DNA from: Bacteroidales bacterium
Lineage (GTDB): Bacteria > Bacteroidota > Bacteroidia > Bacteroidales > VadinHA17
Length of the DNA stretch: 64,000 nucleotides
Reading direction: 5' to 3'
NCBI GenBank assembly: GCA_041303415.1
Contig: JBFYPG010000187.1
Coordinates: 9,902 to 73,901 of the forward strand
The notes under the pieces are model-generated. The model did not search any database and had not been told where the DNA came from. It saw nothing but the letters and a program-made list of their open reading frames with translations. Below, in pieces: positions 45,364-53,843 of this stretch (its first letter is position 1; each line of letters starts with the position of its first letter). A program made the position numbers and the translations under genes.

Positions 45364-46220
45364 TGACATCCGTTTTACCAAGGTTAAAAACAGTCCGGCT
45401 TTTTATTCCGGTTACTCTGGCATTTATTATCAGCAATCCTCTCTTTTCCCAGATCCTATCCGATCCGCAGAAGGAGCGCGAGGAGATATTCACCGCACGG
45501 ATCAAGCAGTTTAATGAATTTGCCGACAGGTTCAACCTTAAAACCGATTTTAACGGGAATCCCGCTGATTCTTCATTCCGTGCAAAAATGCCGCGTGAAA
45601 GGATGATATCAATGCTGTTCGATCTTAAGGATCCCAGGATAGTGAAACAGGGGAATGAGTATTCTGCTGACTACGTGAAGCTGAAGGAATCCTTCATCTC
45701 TGATGTGACATCAGCCAACTTCACTCTTTTTAAATATTCACCGGGTATCATCGCAGAAGCAAGGTCGAGGGTAACATACAGGGGACAGCCTCAAAAAATA
45801 AGTGTGTTCATGGTACAGGAAACTGTCGGAGGAGATATGGTGAAATGGGTTATCCATTCGGCTAAAGGTAATCTGCTCGATGTTTTCAAAACCGACACAT
45901 CAATGGTTCGCTTTATACCGCCTTCAAGCAACGAGACCGATTTCATGAACCTTAAAAGGGCACTGGAAGATACCGATCACCTGGCTGATTATGCCCGGAA
46001 TGATTATGTGCCCGACAAGCTTACACTCTTATTCACCCTCGTAAGGTCGGGCCAGTTGCGGTTTGAATATGTGGAGGAGGTTATTTATCATGTTACAGAT
46101 ATACCCGGCTGGTATATGCAGATAAGGGATTTCAACCGCATAGAGCTTAATTCGGGTTGGCTGATAACGAATCTGCGAAGGAATGACCCCGATCTCGCCG
46201 GTTTCATCGATACCCCCTAG
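45363..46220 (+). CDS. Hypothetical exported or membrane-anchored protein (285 aa)
   Basis: The ATG overlaps the upstream stop (TGATG at 45361-45365), which suggests translational coupling. The hydrophobic N-terminus is VRLFIPVTLAFIISNPLFSQ. No recognisable family. Confidence 0.6.
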   Translation: MTSVLPRLKTVRLFIPVTLAFIISNPLFSQILSDPQKEREEIFTARIKQFNEFADRFNLKTDFNGNPADSSFRAKMPRERMISMLFDLKDPRIVKQGNEYSADYVKLKESFISDVTSANFTLFKYSPGIIAEARSRVTYRGQPQKISVFMVQETVGGDMVKWVIHSAKGNLLDVFKTDTSMVRFIPPSSNETDFMNLKRALEDTDHLADYARNDYVPDKLTLLFTLVRSGQLRFEYVEEVIYHVTDIPGWYMQIRDFNRIELNSGWLITNLRRNDPDLAGFIDTP

Positions 46221-46385
46221 CTATTTAACGCTGACAACCGACTTCCCAGATATTGATTTTTGGATTCGTTTTCAGCGCCGGCTTCGAGCATGATCTTGTC
46301 AGCCAGAACAGGGCGGCAATGACAATCCTTGCAGTAAACCGCTACAGGAAAAGTGTGTGAAAGGATAAGTTATTGTGCCGTTCAG

Positions 46386-48527
46386 TTATTTTATCAATCC
46401 ATCAACCTTAGCCTTAAGATCTTCAATAATTTTCTGCTGTTCTTTCATTGCCTCCAGCAAAAGAACTGTAAGCTTTGTATAGTTGATTGCCTTATCGCCT
46501 TTTTTATCTGTTTTTACCAGTTCGGGAAATAAAACCTCAACTTCCTGGGCTATTAATCCAATCTGCGGCTCCCCGGGAAACCTGCCTTTTGGATATTCCT
46601 TTGTATTCCAGTTATATATAACAGGCCTTAACGACATTACATCAGATAATATTTCCGGGAAATCAGAAATATTTGTTTTAAATCTTTCATCTGATTTAGC
46701 AAAAATATCATAGTACATTACATCGCCGGCAATTTCAACATCAGCATAAAAACTGAGGTAATTGTTATCAAACTCGCCGTAAATAAGTGCTTCGTCCCAT
46801 GACAGGCCGGCATTATCAATATAAAGCCTGTTGGAACCTGTTTCGTCTATCCCGGCCTGATATCCGATGAAAATATTACTGCTTCCTGTTTCATTTGAGC
46901 TGCCGCTCAGTGTACCAATTGATACATTATAACTGCCTGTAAGATTTGCATTTCCAGCCTCCTGGCCAAGAAATACATTTTGTTGTCCGATTGTATTTTC
47001 AGTACCTGTCATAGTGCCGAGGAATACGTTCCATGAGCCTGAGGTATTTGCCTGTCCTGCTTCCTTCCCCAGGAATACATTTGATATCCCGTCAATGTTA
47101 CTGTTTCCGCTATACTCCCCCAGAAAAACATTATAACTTCCGGTTTCATTCTCCTCTCCTGCGCTTGCACCAATGAAGACATTATCAATACCATATGTGT
47201 TTGACCAGCCTGCAACATCTCCGATAAAAACATTATTGTCACCTTCCAGGTTCATGGCGCCGCTTTCTGTGCCGATGAAAACATTTGAAGTACCGAGGGT
47301 ATTTGTATATCCTGAACTCTCCCCCAGGAAAACATTTGAGGTTCCCTCGGTATTATTATATCCCGATGTGGAACCGAGAAATACATTATAACTGCCAGCA
47401 GTATTGCTTAATCCGGCATCTGCACCTATAAAGACATTGGATTCCCCGGTTGTATTGCCATGACCGGCAAGATCACCAAGAAAGACATTCCATGAACCTG
47501 TCGTATTCTCGTACCCTGCTTCATCGCCCATGATTATATTTGCATGACCACCGGTATTCGAACTTCCTGCCGTATTACCTATAAAAATATTCCAGTTACC
47601 GTCGATATTGGAATAACCGGTTTCATTCCCAATAAAAACATTATTATTCCCCGAAGTATTATTCACACCTGCATCGTATCCAAAGAAGGAGTTGTATAAA
47701 CCATCTGTAATTGAACTTCCTGCATCATGTCCGATAAAATAGTTCTCGGGTGTCAGATGCATAAGTCCGGTCACGCTCTCTTTCGTTATACCGAAACCAC
47801 CGATTGCAAATCCACCCTTTGGTCCTTTGGCAACTGTCTCATCAATATATATTCTTACACTGTCGGGAGATACTCTCATATATTCATTAGTCTGTCCTTT
47901 TGTAATTCCAAAACCTCCAATTGCAAATCCCCCTTTTGTACCTTTAACTCCCTGAGGATAATCGGCAACATTAATTCTTACACCCTCATTATAAACCCCG
48001 AAAATTATGTCTCCGTTCTTGTTTTTTACAACAAAAAGTGCAGAATCGGGATTATGACCCTCAACTTCGGCAATCCCCAGGGATGATAGGGCTGACAACT
48101 CGGGGGGTGATGACAGCTTTTTCGCTACCAGGGCATAAGGTACTGACTGTAATTCGCTGGTACCGAGATTCTCAAATCCTTCTCCGGCATCCATTTCCAC
48201 TTTCAGATAAAGGATTTCTGCACTCCATTCAATATCAGAGAATTGCAAAGCAATGCCGGCTGTTCTCGTGCCCTTTCCAATAGTAAGATTGAACAGCCCA
48301 ATATCATTTGTCACAACAGAATGAGTCTCCTCCCATACTGTTATTTCTGATGTTGATGATACAATGCCTATTTTCAGTGTTATTGATTTACTTACTAAGA
48401 CAAAACCATCACTGTTTCGTGCAACGGCCTGAAAATTAAAGCCCTGTGGCACCTGGGCCGATAGATCCGGCAAAAGACAACCAATGCTCAGAATCATAGC
48501 AAAGAGTGTTAAAACTGCTTTTTTCAT
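46386..48527 (-). CDS. Tail-fibre-like surface protein with a C-terminal peptidase S74 (intramolecular chaperone, autoproteolytic) domain
   Basis: 713 aa. The signal peptide is MKKAVLTLFAMILSIGCLLPDLSAQ. The N-terminal pattern is FNFQAVARNSDG...WEETHSVVTNDIGLFNLTIG. There are 18 x 17-aa repeats of N-V-F-(I/L)-G-x-x-(A/S)-G-x-x-N-T-x-G-x-x. The C-terminal 102 aa (SDERFKTNISDF...LRPVIYNWN...QIGLIAQEVEVLFPELV...INYTKLTVLLLEAMKEQQKIIEDLKAKV, 46389-46694) match the S74 SD-x-R-x-K ... GhIAQE ... hNY..L pattern. Confidence 0.8.
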   Translation of the reverse strand: MKKAVLTLFAMILSIGCLLPDLSAQVPQGFNFQAVARNSDGFVLVSKSITLKIGIVSSTSEITVWEETHSVVTNDIGLFNLTIGKGTRTAGIALQFSDIEWSAEILYLKVEMDAGEGFENLGTSELQSVPYALVAKKLSSPPELSALSSLGIAEVEGHNPDSALFVVKNKNGDIIFGVYNEGVRINVADYPQGVKGTKGGFAIGGFGITKGQTNEYMRVSPDSVRIYIDETVAKGPKGGFAIGGFGITKESVTGLMHLTPENYFIGHDAGSSITDGLYNSFFGYDAGVNNTSGNNNVFIGNETGYSNIDGNWNIFIGNTAGSSNTGGHANIIMGDEAGYENTTGSWNVFLGDLAGHGNTTGESNVFIGADAGLSNTAGSYNVFLGSTSGYNNTEGTSNVFLGESSGYTNTLGTSNVFIGTESGAMNLEGDNNVFIGDVAGWSNTYGIDNVFIGASAGEENETGSYNVFLGEYSGNSNIDGISNVFLGKEAGQANTSGSWNVFLGTMTGTENTIGQQNVFLGQEAGNANLTGSYNVSIGTLSGSSNETGSSNIFIGYQAGIDETGSNRLYIDNAGLSWDEALIYGEFDNNYLSFYADVEIAGDVMYYDIFAKSDERFKTNISDFPEILSDVMSLRPVIYNWNTKEYPKGRFPGEPQIGLIAQEVEVLFPELVKTDKKGDKAINYTKLTVLLLEAMKEQQKIIEDLKAKVDGLIK
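46827..47744 (-). repeat. 18 tandem 51-nt (17-aa) coding repeats, NVF(I/L)GxxAGxxNTxGxx
   Basis: Counted residue by residue from NYFIGHDAGSSITDGLY (aa 262) to NIFIGYQAGIDETGSNR (aa 567). Every unit is exactly 17 aa. Confidence 0.85.
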
Positions 48528-48547
48528 GATATTCCAGGATTTGATTT

Positions 48548-49048
48548 CTAATTTATTATGAACTTATAAGCCCGGCCTGGTATTCCGCCTGGGTAATTCA
48601 GATGTAAAAAATACATTCCTGTTTTCAGGTTAGATACATCCAGGGTGATCAGTTTATCACCTGAAGTGACATTTTTTCTTTCAGAATAAACCTTTATTCC
48701 CCTGAGGTCAAAAAGTTCAATCAGTAACTCTGATGATGCATGTCCGGTTGCCCTGATGAATATTATTCCGTTTCCCGGATTAGGGAATAGCGCTGACTCC
48801 CGGTTAGCTTCCAGATCATCAATACCAATGATCCTCTCCCAGTTTTGCTGAAATCCTACGGTAAGCATGTAATTTGATGATGTAAGAATATCAACAACAG
48901 CCTCCCCAACTGTCCATGACAGACTATTATTTGTTGCTGTTTTGTAATTCCCTGATACTGAAACAACTGAGCTGGCCAGGCTTAAATTCTGTGAAAAGGA
49001 TCCCAGACTAACTGTCAATGAAAATATGACAATAATTAACCTTCTCAT
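48548..49048 (-). CDS. Small secreted protein with a T9SS C-terminal sorting domain (166 aa)
   Basis: The signal peptide is MRRLIIVIFSLTVSLGSFSQ. A short N-terminal domain ends in YMLTVGFQQNWE. The CTD is LFPNPGNGIIFIRATGH...GMYFLHLNY...YKFIIN. It sits immediately upstream of the S74 gene on the same strand, with a 20-nt gap. Confidence 0.75.
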   Translation of the reverse strand: MRRLIIVIFSLTVSLGSFSQNLSLASSVVSVSGNYKTATNNSLSWTVGEAVVDILTSSNYMLTVGFQQNWERIIGIDDLEANRESALFPNPGNGIIFIRATGHASSELLIELFDLRGIKVYSERKNVTSGDKLITLDVSNLKTGMYFLHLNYPGGIPGRAYKFIIN

Positions 49049-49167
49049 TTTATGCTGATTTATTTCTTAATGCAATTTAAGAAAATAATTCGGGCTGGCA
49101 TATTACTGATGTTGACCGGAATAATCTGGATATTGCTGATTTTATAGAGAATCTTCAATAATTACAA

Positions 49168-49269
49168 GTTGGCAGTTGGCAGTTGGCAGTTGGCAGTCGG
49201 CAGTCGGCAGGCGGCAAATATTTTTGTTGCCAACTGCCAACTGTATACTGCCAACTTTCTGTTGCCAGC
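49168..49269. repeat. Inverted heptamer array: (GTTGGCA)4 (GTCGGCA)2 GGCGGCA, a 10-nt AT loop, then TGCCAAC units
   Basis: Left arm, 49168-49216: seven contiguous 7-mers. Loop: AATATTTTTG. Right arm: TGCCAAC at 49228, 49235 and 49249, then TGCCAGC at 49263. TGCCAAC is the reverse complement of GTTGGCA. The element lies 50 nt downstream of the EEP gene stop (49319, minus strand) and upstream of the 48548-49048 gene. Confidence 0.85.
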
Positions 49270-49318
49270 TTACAGTCATTAACAATCTTTTAGAAAATTA
49301 CAGTGTGTAGACTGGGGA

Positions 49319-50185
49319 TCACTTGAGACAAACAAGGGCCTCAACCGGCCAGTGGTCGGAAATGAAAATTCCCCGTTCTTTTTTAATGAACGTCCTGTGA
49401 TCAAGAATTTTCATGCCATCCTTTACAAAAATATAATCTATTCTTCCTGAGCCCTCCTTATCGCTGAATCCGTTAAATGTAAACCCCGGGCCGTAAGGCC
49501 TTTTTTCAGATATCTCATATGAATCCTTTAGCAGCGGAACACTTTCAGCAGGACCTGTAAGTATCTGGTAGCCTTTGCTGGCAGGCAGCATATTAAAATC
49601 ACCCGTGATAATAAACGGGAACCCTGAAGCGATGGAATCCACTTTTTTCAATAACAGGATGGAGCTCATGATCCTTGCGGAATCTGAATCATGTGCGAAA
49701 TGGGTATTGAAATAGAAAAGGTGTTCATGGCTCTCCTTGTCAACAAGCTCAGCCCACGTGACGATACGCGGAAGGTTAGCGCCCCAGGCCTGTGAACCTG
49801 CGACTTCGGGTGTCTCCGACAGCCAGAATGTTTTGGTGCGGACCATATCATACCTATCCTTCCTGAAGAAAACCGGATTCATCTCGCCGCCCTTTGCCCC
49901 GTCGCTTCTTCCGACTCCTGCAGATTCATATTCGGAAAGGGCAGAATCTAATACCTCGTACTGGCCGAGCAGAACCTCCTGCATGCCGAGAAGATCAGGT
50001 TTTTCTTCCTTTATAAAACGGCATACCAGATCAGCCCTGTAAGGCCAGGCATTGATGCTGTCGGCGGGATTATCATATCTTAAGTTAAACGTCATTACCC
50101 TTATATCATTGGAACCCGATTTGTTTCTGCAGCCCCAGGGTGCTAAAAGGAAAATGACCAGGGAAAGGGAAAATAGCTTTTTCAT
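49319..50185 (-). CDS. Endonuclease/exonuclease/phosphatase (EEP) family protein, probable lipoprotein
   Basis: Motifs are VMTFNLRYDN, LLGMQEV, FNTHFAHD, ITGDFN, RIDYIF and SDHWPV. I prefer the start at the internal ATG (50185), giving MKKLFSLSLVIFLLAPWGC (signal peptide plus Cys), over the ORF-track start at 50272. Confidence 0.8.
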   Translation of the reverse strand: MKKLFSLSLVIFLLAPWGCRNKSGSNDIRVMTFNLRYDNPADSINAWPYRADLVCRFIKEEKPDLLGMQEVLLGQYEVLDSALSEYESAGVGRSDGAKGGEMNPVFFRKDRYDMVRTKTFWLSETPEVAGSQAWGANLPRIVTWAELVDKESHEHLFYFNTHFAHDSDSARIMSSILLLKKVDSIASGFPFIITGDFNMLPASKGYQILTGPAESVPLLKDSYEISEKRPYGPGFTFNGFSDKEGSGRIDYIFVKDGMKILDHRTFIKKERGIFISDHWPVEALVCLK

Positions 50186-50314
50186 CTCAGATGAATTTTT
50201 CTCAAAGATAGTCATCAGTTTAAAAACAGGGCCGTAAATGCCATGAATTGTTCCGGGAAGCTCATGCGCCAATTATTTAATATCTTTGGAACGTGAATAA
50301 TAATCCGGGATTAA

Positions 50315-52123
50315 ATGCCTGATCTGATAAAGCTTTTACCTGATTCTGTTGCCAATCAGATCGCTGCTGGTGAAGTCATTCAGCGGCCTGCTTCGGTAGT
50401 AAAGGAGCTGATGGAGAATTCAGTTGATGCAGGCGCCGGGAAAATAAACGTAGTAATCAGGGATTCAGGGAAAACGCTTATCCAGGTTACTGACGATGGC
50501 TCGGGGATGTCGGAAACCGATGCAAGATTATCCTTCGAACGGCATGCAACATCGAAGATCTCCTCTGCCAGCGACCTTTTTGCCATCAGTACCAAGGGAT
50601 TCAGGGGCGAAGCGCTGGCTTCAGTCGCGGCAGTATCAATGGTTGAACTGAAGACAAGAAAGAAAGGCACTGAAACAGGCACGCTTGTCGTAATCAGCGG
50701 TTCAAAGGTTGAGGTTCAGGAGCCGTGCAGCTGCCCCGAGGGATCTGGCTTTTCGATAAAGAACCTGTTTTACAACATTCCGGCAAGGAGGAAATTCCTG
50801 AAATCCGATATGACTGAATTCCGTCATATCATAAATGAATTTCAGAAAGTTGTTCTGTCTCACCCCGAAATCAGGTTCACACTCAGCCATAACGATTCTG
50901 AAATCTATAATCTTCCCCAGGGGAATTTCAGGCAGCGCATCACGGGCGTTTTCGGGAAGCAGATAAACCAGGATCTTATAACGCTGGAGACAGATACAAA
51001 CCTTGTGTCGGTTAGAGGCTTTGTCGGAAAGCCGGAAAGCGCAAGACGCACTTACGGCGAACAGTTCTTTTTCGTTAACCGGCGCTTTATGAAACATCCT
51101 TATTTCCATAAGGCTGTTGCAGAGGCATATCAGAATATCCTTCCTGCCGAAGCAATTCCGACTTACTTCATTTACCTGGAGACAGATCCAGCAACCATTG
51201 ATATCAACATTCACCCTACCAAAACCGAGATAAAATTTGAGGATGAAAGATCAATCTGGCAGATCCTCATGGCCTCCGTCCGCGAGGCCCTGGGCCGTTT
51301 CAATATTGTACCGTCGATCGATTTTAAGGGAGAATCAATGATTGAAATACCTGTCAGGAAACCTGCCGACCCGATACCTGCACCCCCGGTTATAAATATC
51401 AATCCCGGCTATAATCCGTTTGACACCGATGACCGCCAGTCAGGCAGGGCTGGGATAATTGAAAGATTTGAAAGGGAAAACAGCGCCAGCTGGGAAAAGC
51501 TCTACTCGGCTCTTGAAAAAGGCGATAACCTCCCTGAAACAGATATGAGCAATGCCGGAACAGAAAGAAAATTTTTCCAAATCAGGTATAAGTACATCGT
51601 ATGCCCGGTCAAGTCGGGTCTGATGCTTATTGATCAGAGAAGGGCGCATGAGAAGATACTTTATGAGAGATACCTTGAATCTCTCAGCAATAACCGGTCA
51701 GTAAGCCAGAGTGAGCTCTTTCCGGTCACAACCGAACTGAATCCTGCTGATATACTTATTCTGAAAGAGATAGAAAAAGAGCTCAGCCTGCTGGGATTCA
51801 GCATTCTCTTCAAGGGAGAACATAAAATAACCGTCAGTGGACGTCCTTCCGGAACCGAATCATCCGATCCGGTAAAGATGCTTGAAGCGCTCATTGAAGA
51901 ATTCCGCAGTAAACAGAATGATCCCTCAGTAAATGCCAGGGAGAAGCTTGCGGCTGCAATGGCATCAGCTTCTGCAATACCATATGGCAAGCAATTGATG
52001 CAGAATGAGATGGAGGAACTGTTCGATTCACTGTTCGCATGTCAGTCGCCTAATTATAGCCCGGGGGGCAAATCAATAGTTGTAATCATTACCCTTGAGG
52101 ACCTCGATAAAAAATTCAAATAG
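50315..52123 (+). CDS. mutL: DNA mismatch repair protein MutL
   Basis: IKLLPDSVANQIAAGEVIQRPASVVKELMENSVDAGA...IQVTDDGSGM...TSKI...GFRGEALASI-like is the canonical GHKL ATPase N-terminus of MutL. The 602-aa length and the C-terminal dimerisation region are consistent. Confidence 0.93.
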   Translation: MPDLIKLLPDSVANQIAAGEVIQRPASVVKELMENSVDAGAGKINVVIRDSGKTLIQVTDDGSGMSETDARLSFERHATSKISSASDLFAISTKGFRGEALASVAAVSMVELKTRKKGTETGTLVVISGSKVEVQEPCSCPEGSGFSIKNLFYNIPARRKFLKSDMTEFRHIINEFQKVVLSHPEIRFTLSHNDSEIYNLPQGNFRQRITGVFGKQINQDLITLETDTNLVSVRGFVGKPESARRTYGEQFFFVNRRFMKHPYFHKAVAEAYQNILPAEAIPTYFIYLETDPATIDINIHPTKTEIKFEDERSIWQILMASVREALGRFNIVPSIDFKGESMIEIPVRKPADPIPAPPVININPGYNPFDTDDRQSGRAGIIERFERENSASWEKLYSALEKGDNLPETDMSNAGTERKFFQIRYKYIVCPVKSGLMLIDQRRAHEKILYERYLESLSNNRSVSQSELFPVTTELNPADILILKEIEKELSLLGFSILFKGEHKITVSGRPSGTESSDPVKMLEALIEEFRSKQNDPSVNAREKLAAAMASASAIPYGKQLMQNEMEELFDSLFACQSPNYSPGGKSIVVIITLEDLDKKFK

Positions 52124-52207
52124 TAGCGGATTATAAATTGCCGGTTTGCGGGATAAACATTAGTTTTGTGCCTGCGTTTTTACTTAATGAGAAATTAAAT
52201 ACTGCAG

Positions 52208-52951
52208 ATGAACGGATACGGCAGAGGCTTTTTCGGGTTACCACCGGTAGTTAAGAATGTTATAATGCTCAATGTTCTGATGCTCCTTGCATATTATGCA
52301 GTCAGGAGTGTTTTCGGCATTGACCTCAACAGCGTACTTGGCCTCTATTTCCCTAAATCAGACAGCTTCAATCCATCCCAGATACTTACACATATGTTCA
52401 TGCACGGAGGTATCTGGCATCTGTTCTTCAATATGTACGCGCTCTATATCTTCGGGCAGGTGCTTGAACAGGTATGGGGACCCAAAAGATTCTTTCTGTA
52501 TTATATGGTATGCGGCCTTGGAGCAGCACTTGTTCATGAGTCGGTAATAGCATTTGAGTACAATAAACTGATGAACGCCATCAGTCCGGATAACCTGCAG
52601 CTTGTACTCGATGAGGGCGCTGCCTACCTTGGAGAAGGCAAGGTCTTCACTGATCAGACGATGCAGGAACTTCAGATCCTTCTGAATACTCCTACCGTGG
52701 GAGCTTCAGGAGCAATATTCGGAGTGCTTCTTGCTTTTGGAGTTCTGTTCCCAAACACACAGCTTATGCTTCTTTTTCCTCCGATCCCTATAAGAGCCAA
52801 ATATTTTGTCCTTGGTTACGGCGCCATTGAGCTGTATCTTGCATTCACCCAGCCGGGCAGCAATATTGCCCATGCGGCTCACCTTGGCGGTATGCTGTTC
52901 GGGTACATCCTGATAAAGTACTGGCAGAAAACAACCACAACCCTTTACTGA
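52208..52951 (+). CDS. Rhomboid family intramembrane serine protease
   Basis: Multi-TM protein with HMFMHGGIWHLFFNMYALYIFG, a GASGAIFGVL catalytic Ser motif and AHLGGMLFG (His). Confidence 0.85.
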   Translation: MNGYGRGFFGLPPVVKNVIMLNVLMLLAYYAVRSVFGIDLNSVLGLYFPKSDSFNPSQILTHMFMHGGIWHLFFNMYALYIFGQVLEQVWGPKRFFLYYMVCGLGAALVHESVIAFEYNKLMNAISPDNLQLVLDEGAAYLGEGKVFTDQTMQELQILLNTPTVGASGAIFGVLLAFGVLFPNTQLMLLFPPIPIRAKYFVLGYGAIELYLAFTQPGSNIAHAAHLGGMLFGYILIKYWQKTTTTLY

Positions 52952-52955
52952 CCTG

Positions 52956-53843
52956 ATGGGAATCTGGAACGACATAAAAAGGACATTCCTCAGCGGGAAC
53001 AGCCTGATAAAACTTATATACATTAATATAGGGGTTTTCCTTCTTATATCGCTGGCTGCAATAATCGGATTCCTCCTGAACAATCCTGCTCTGTCGGAAA
53101 TCAGCCTTGCCCAGCTTGCTGTCCCGGCCTCGTTACGAATCCTTCTTCTGAAGCCATGGACACTCATAACATATATGTTTACTCACAAGGATATCTGGCA
53201 TATCCTCTTCAATATGCTGTGGCTCTACTGGTTCGGTAAAATTTTTCTTGAATACCTCGATCAGAAAAAACTTGTCGCAGTTTATCTTCTTGGCGGATTA
53301 AGCGGTGCTGTTGTTTATGTTCTGTCATTCAACATATTCCCGGCATTCACAGGACTGGTTGCCGAATCGGTTGCAATAGGGGCATCAGCATCAGTAATGG
53401 CGGTCGTAATAGCTGTTGCAGCATATGTGCCGGATTATTCCATCAATCTATTTCTCCTTGGCAGGGTGAAGATCAAGTATATGGCGCTGGCAATATTTAT
53501 CCTCACTTCCGTCATGGACTTTTCTGTCAATTCAGGAGGCAAGCTGGCCCATATCGGGGGGGCCCTGCTGGGTTACTTTTATGCCCTGAACCTGAAAAGA
53601 GGCAGGGACATCGGAAAAGGATTCAACAGGATAATTGATTTTTTTGCCACGATTTTCAAACCGCGCAAAAGGATGAAGGTTACGTATAAGAAACCGGCAT
53701 CCGATTACGACTTTAACAAAAGGAAGGCTGAGCACCAGGCCAGGATAAACGGTATCCTTGACAAGATATCCAAGGGTGGTTATGACAGTCTCACCAGGGA
53801 AGAGAAAGATATTCTGTTCAGCGAGAGTCAGAAGAAAAACTGA
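52956..53843 (+). CDS. Rhomboid family protein (second paralogue, with a basic C-terminal tail)
   Basis: YMFTHKDIWHILFNMLWLYWFG, GASASVMAVV and AHIGGALLGYF. It has a C-terminal soluble extension (KRKAEHQARINGILDKISKGGYDSLTREEKDILF). Confidence 0.8.
   Translation: MGIWNDIKRTFLSGNSLIKLIYINIGVFLLISLAAIIGFLLNNPALSEISLAQLAVPASLRILLLKPWTLITYMFTHKDIWHILFNMLWLYWFGKIFLEYLDQKKLVAVYLLGGLSGAVVYVLSFNIFPAFTGLVAESVAIGASASVMAVVIAVAAYVPDYSINLFLLGRVKIKYMALAIFILTSVMDFSVNSGGKLAHIGGALLGYFYALNLKRGRDIGKGFNRIIDFFATIFKPRKRMKVTYKKPASDYDFNKRKAEHQARINGILDKISKGGYDSLTREEKDILFSESQKKN

Noticed and set aside
7602-46220. Whether the giant-gene locus is a mobile genomic island.
   Set aside because: No tRNA, integrase, transposase, direct-repeat boundaries or conjugation genes occur in the window. 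A compositional shift could not be computed by eye, so there is no support for mobility from this sequence alone.
46221-46385. A possible gene remnant in the convergent spacer. The minus-strand reading gives ...PVAVYCKDCHCRPVLADKIMLEAGAENESKNQYLG.
   Set aside because: An upstream in-frame stop leaves no start codon other than an internal Met, only ~45 codons are open, and no recognisable motif is present. No clear terminator hairpin was found either.
46386-49048. A prophage or phage remnant, suggested by the tail-fibre/S74 domain.
   Set aside because: No other phage-like genes (capsid, portal, terminase, integrase, baseplate) or att-like repeats are visible on either side within the window. 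The protein has a Sec signal peptide and a Bacteroidetes-type N-terminal domain.
49168-49216. A sigma-54 promoter (TGGCA...TTGC) within the GTTGGCA heptamers.
   Set aside because: With 7-bp periodicity the GG and GC dinucleotides never fall at the required spacing of the TGGCAC-N5-TTGCW consensus. No downstream gene is positioned appropriately.
50186-50272. The longer N-terminus of the EEP gene from the ORF track (MAHELPGTIHGIYGPVFKLMTIFEKNSSE...).
   Set aside because: The internal ATG at 50185 starts a typical lipoprotein-like signal peptide (MKKLFSLSLVIFLLAPWGC). The upstream 29 codons are hydrophilic and would bury the signal peptide.
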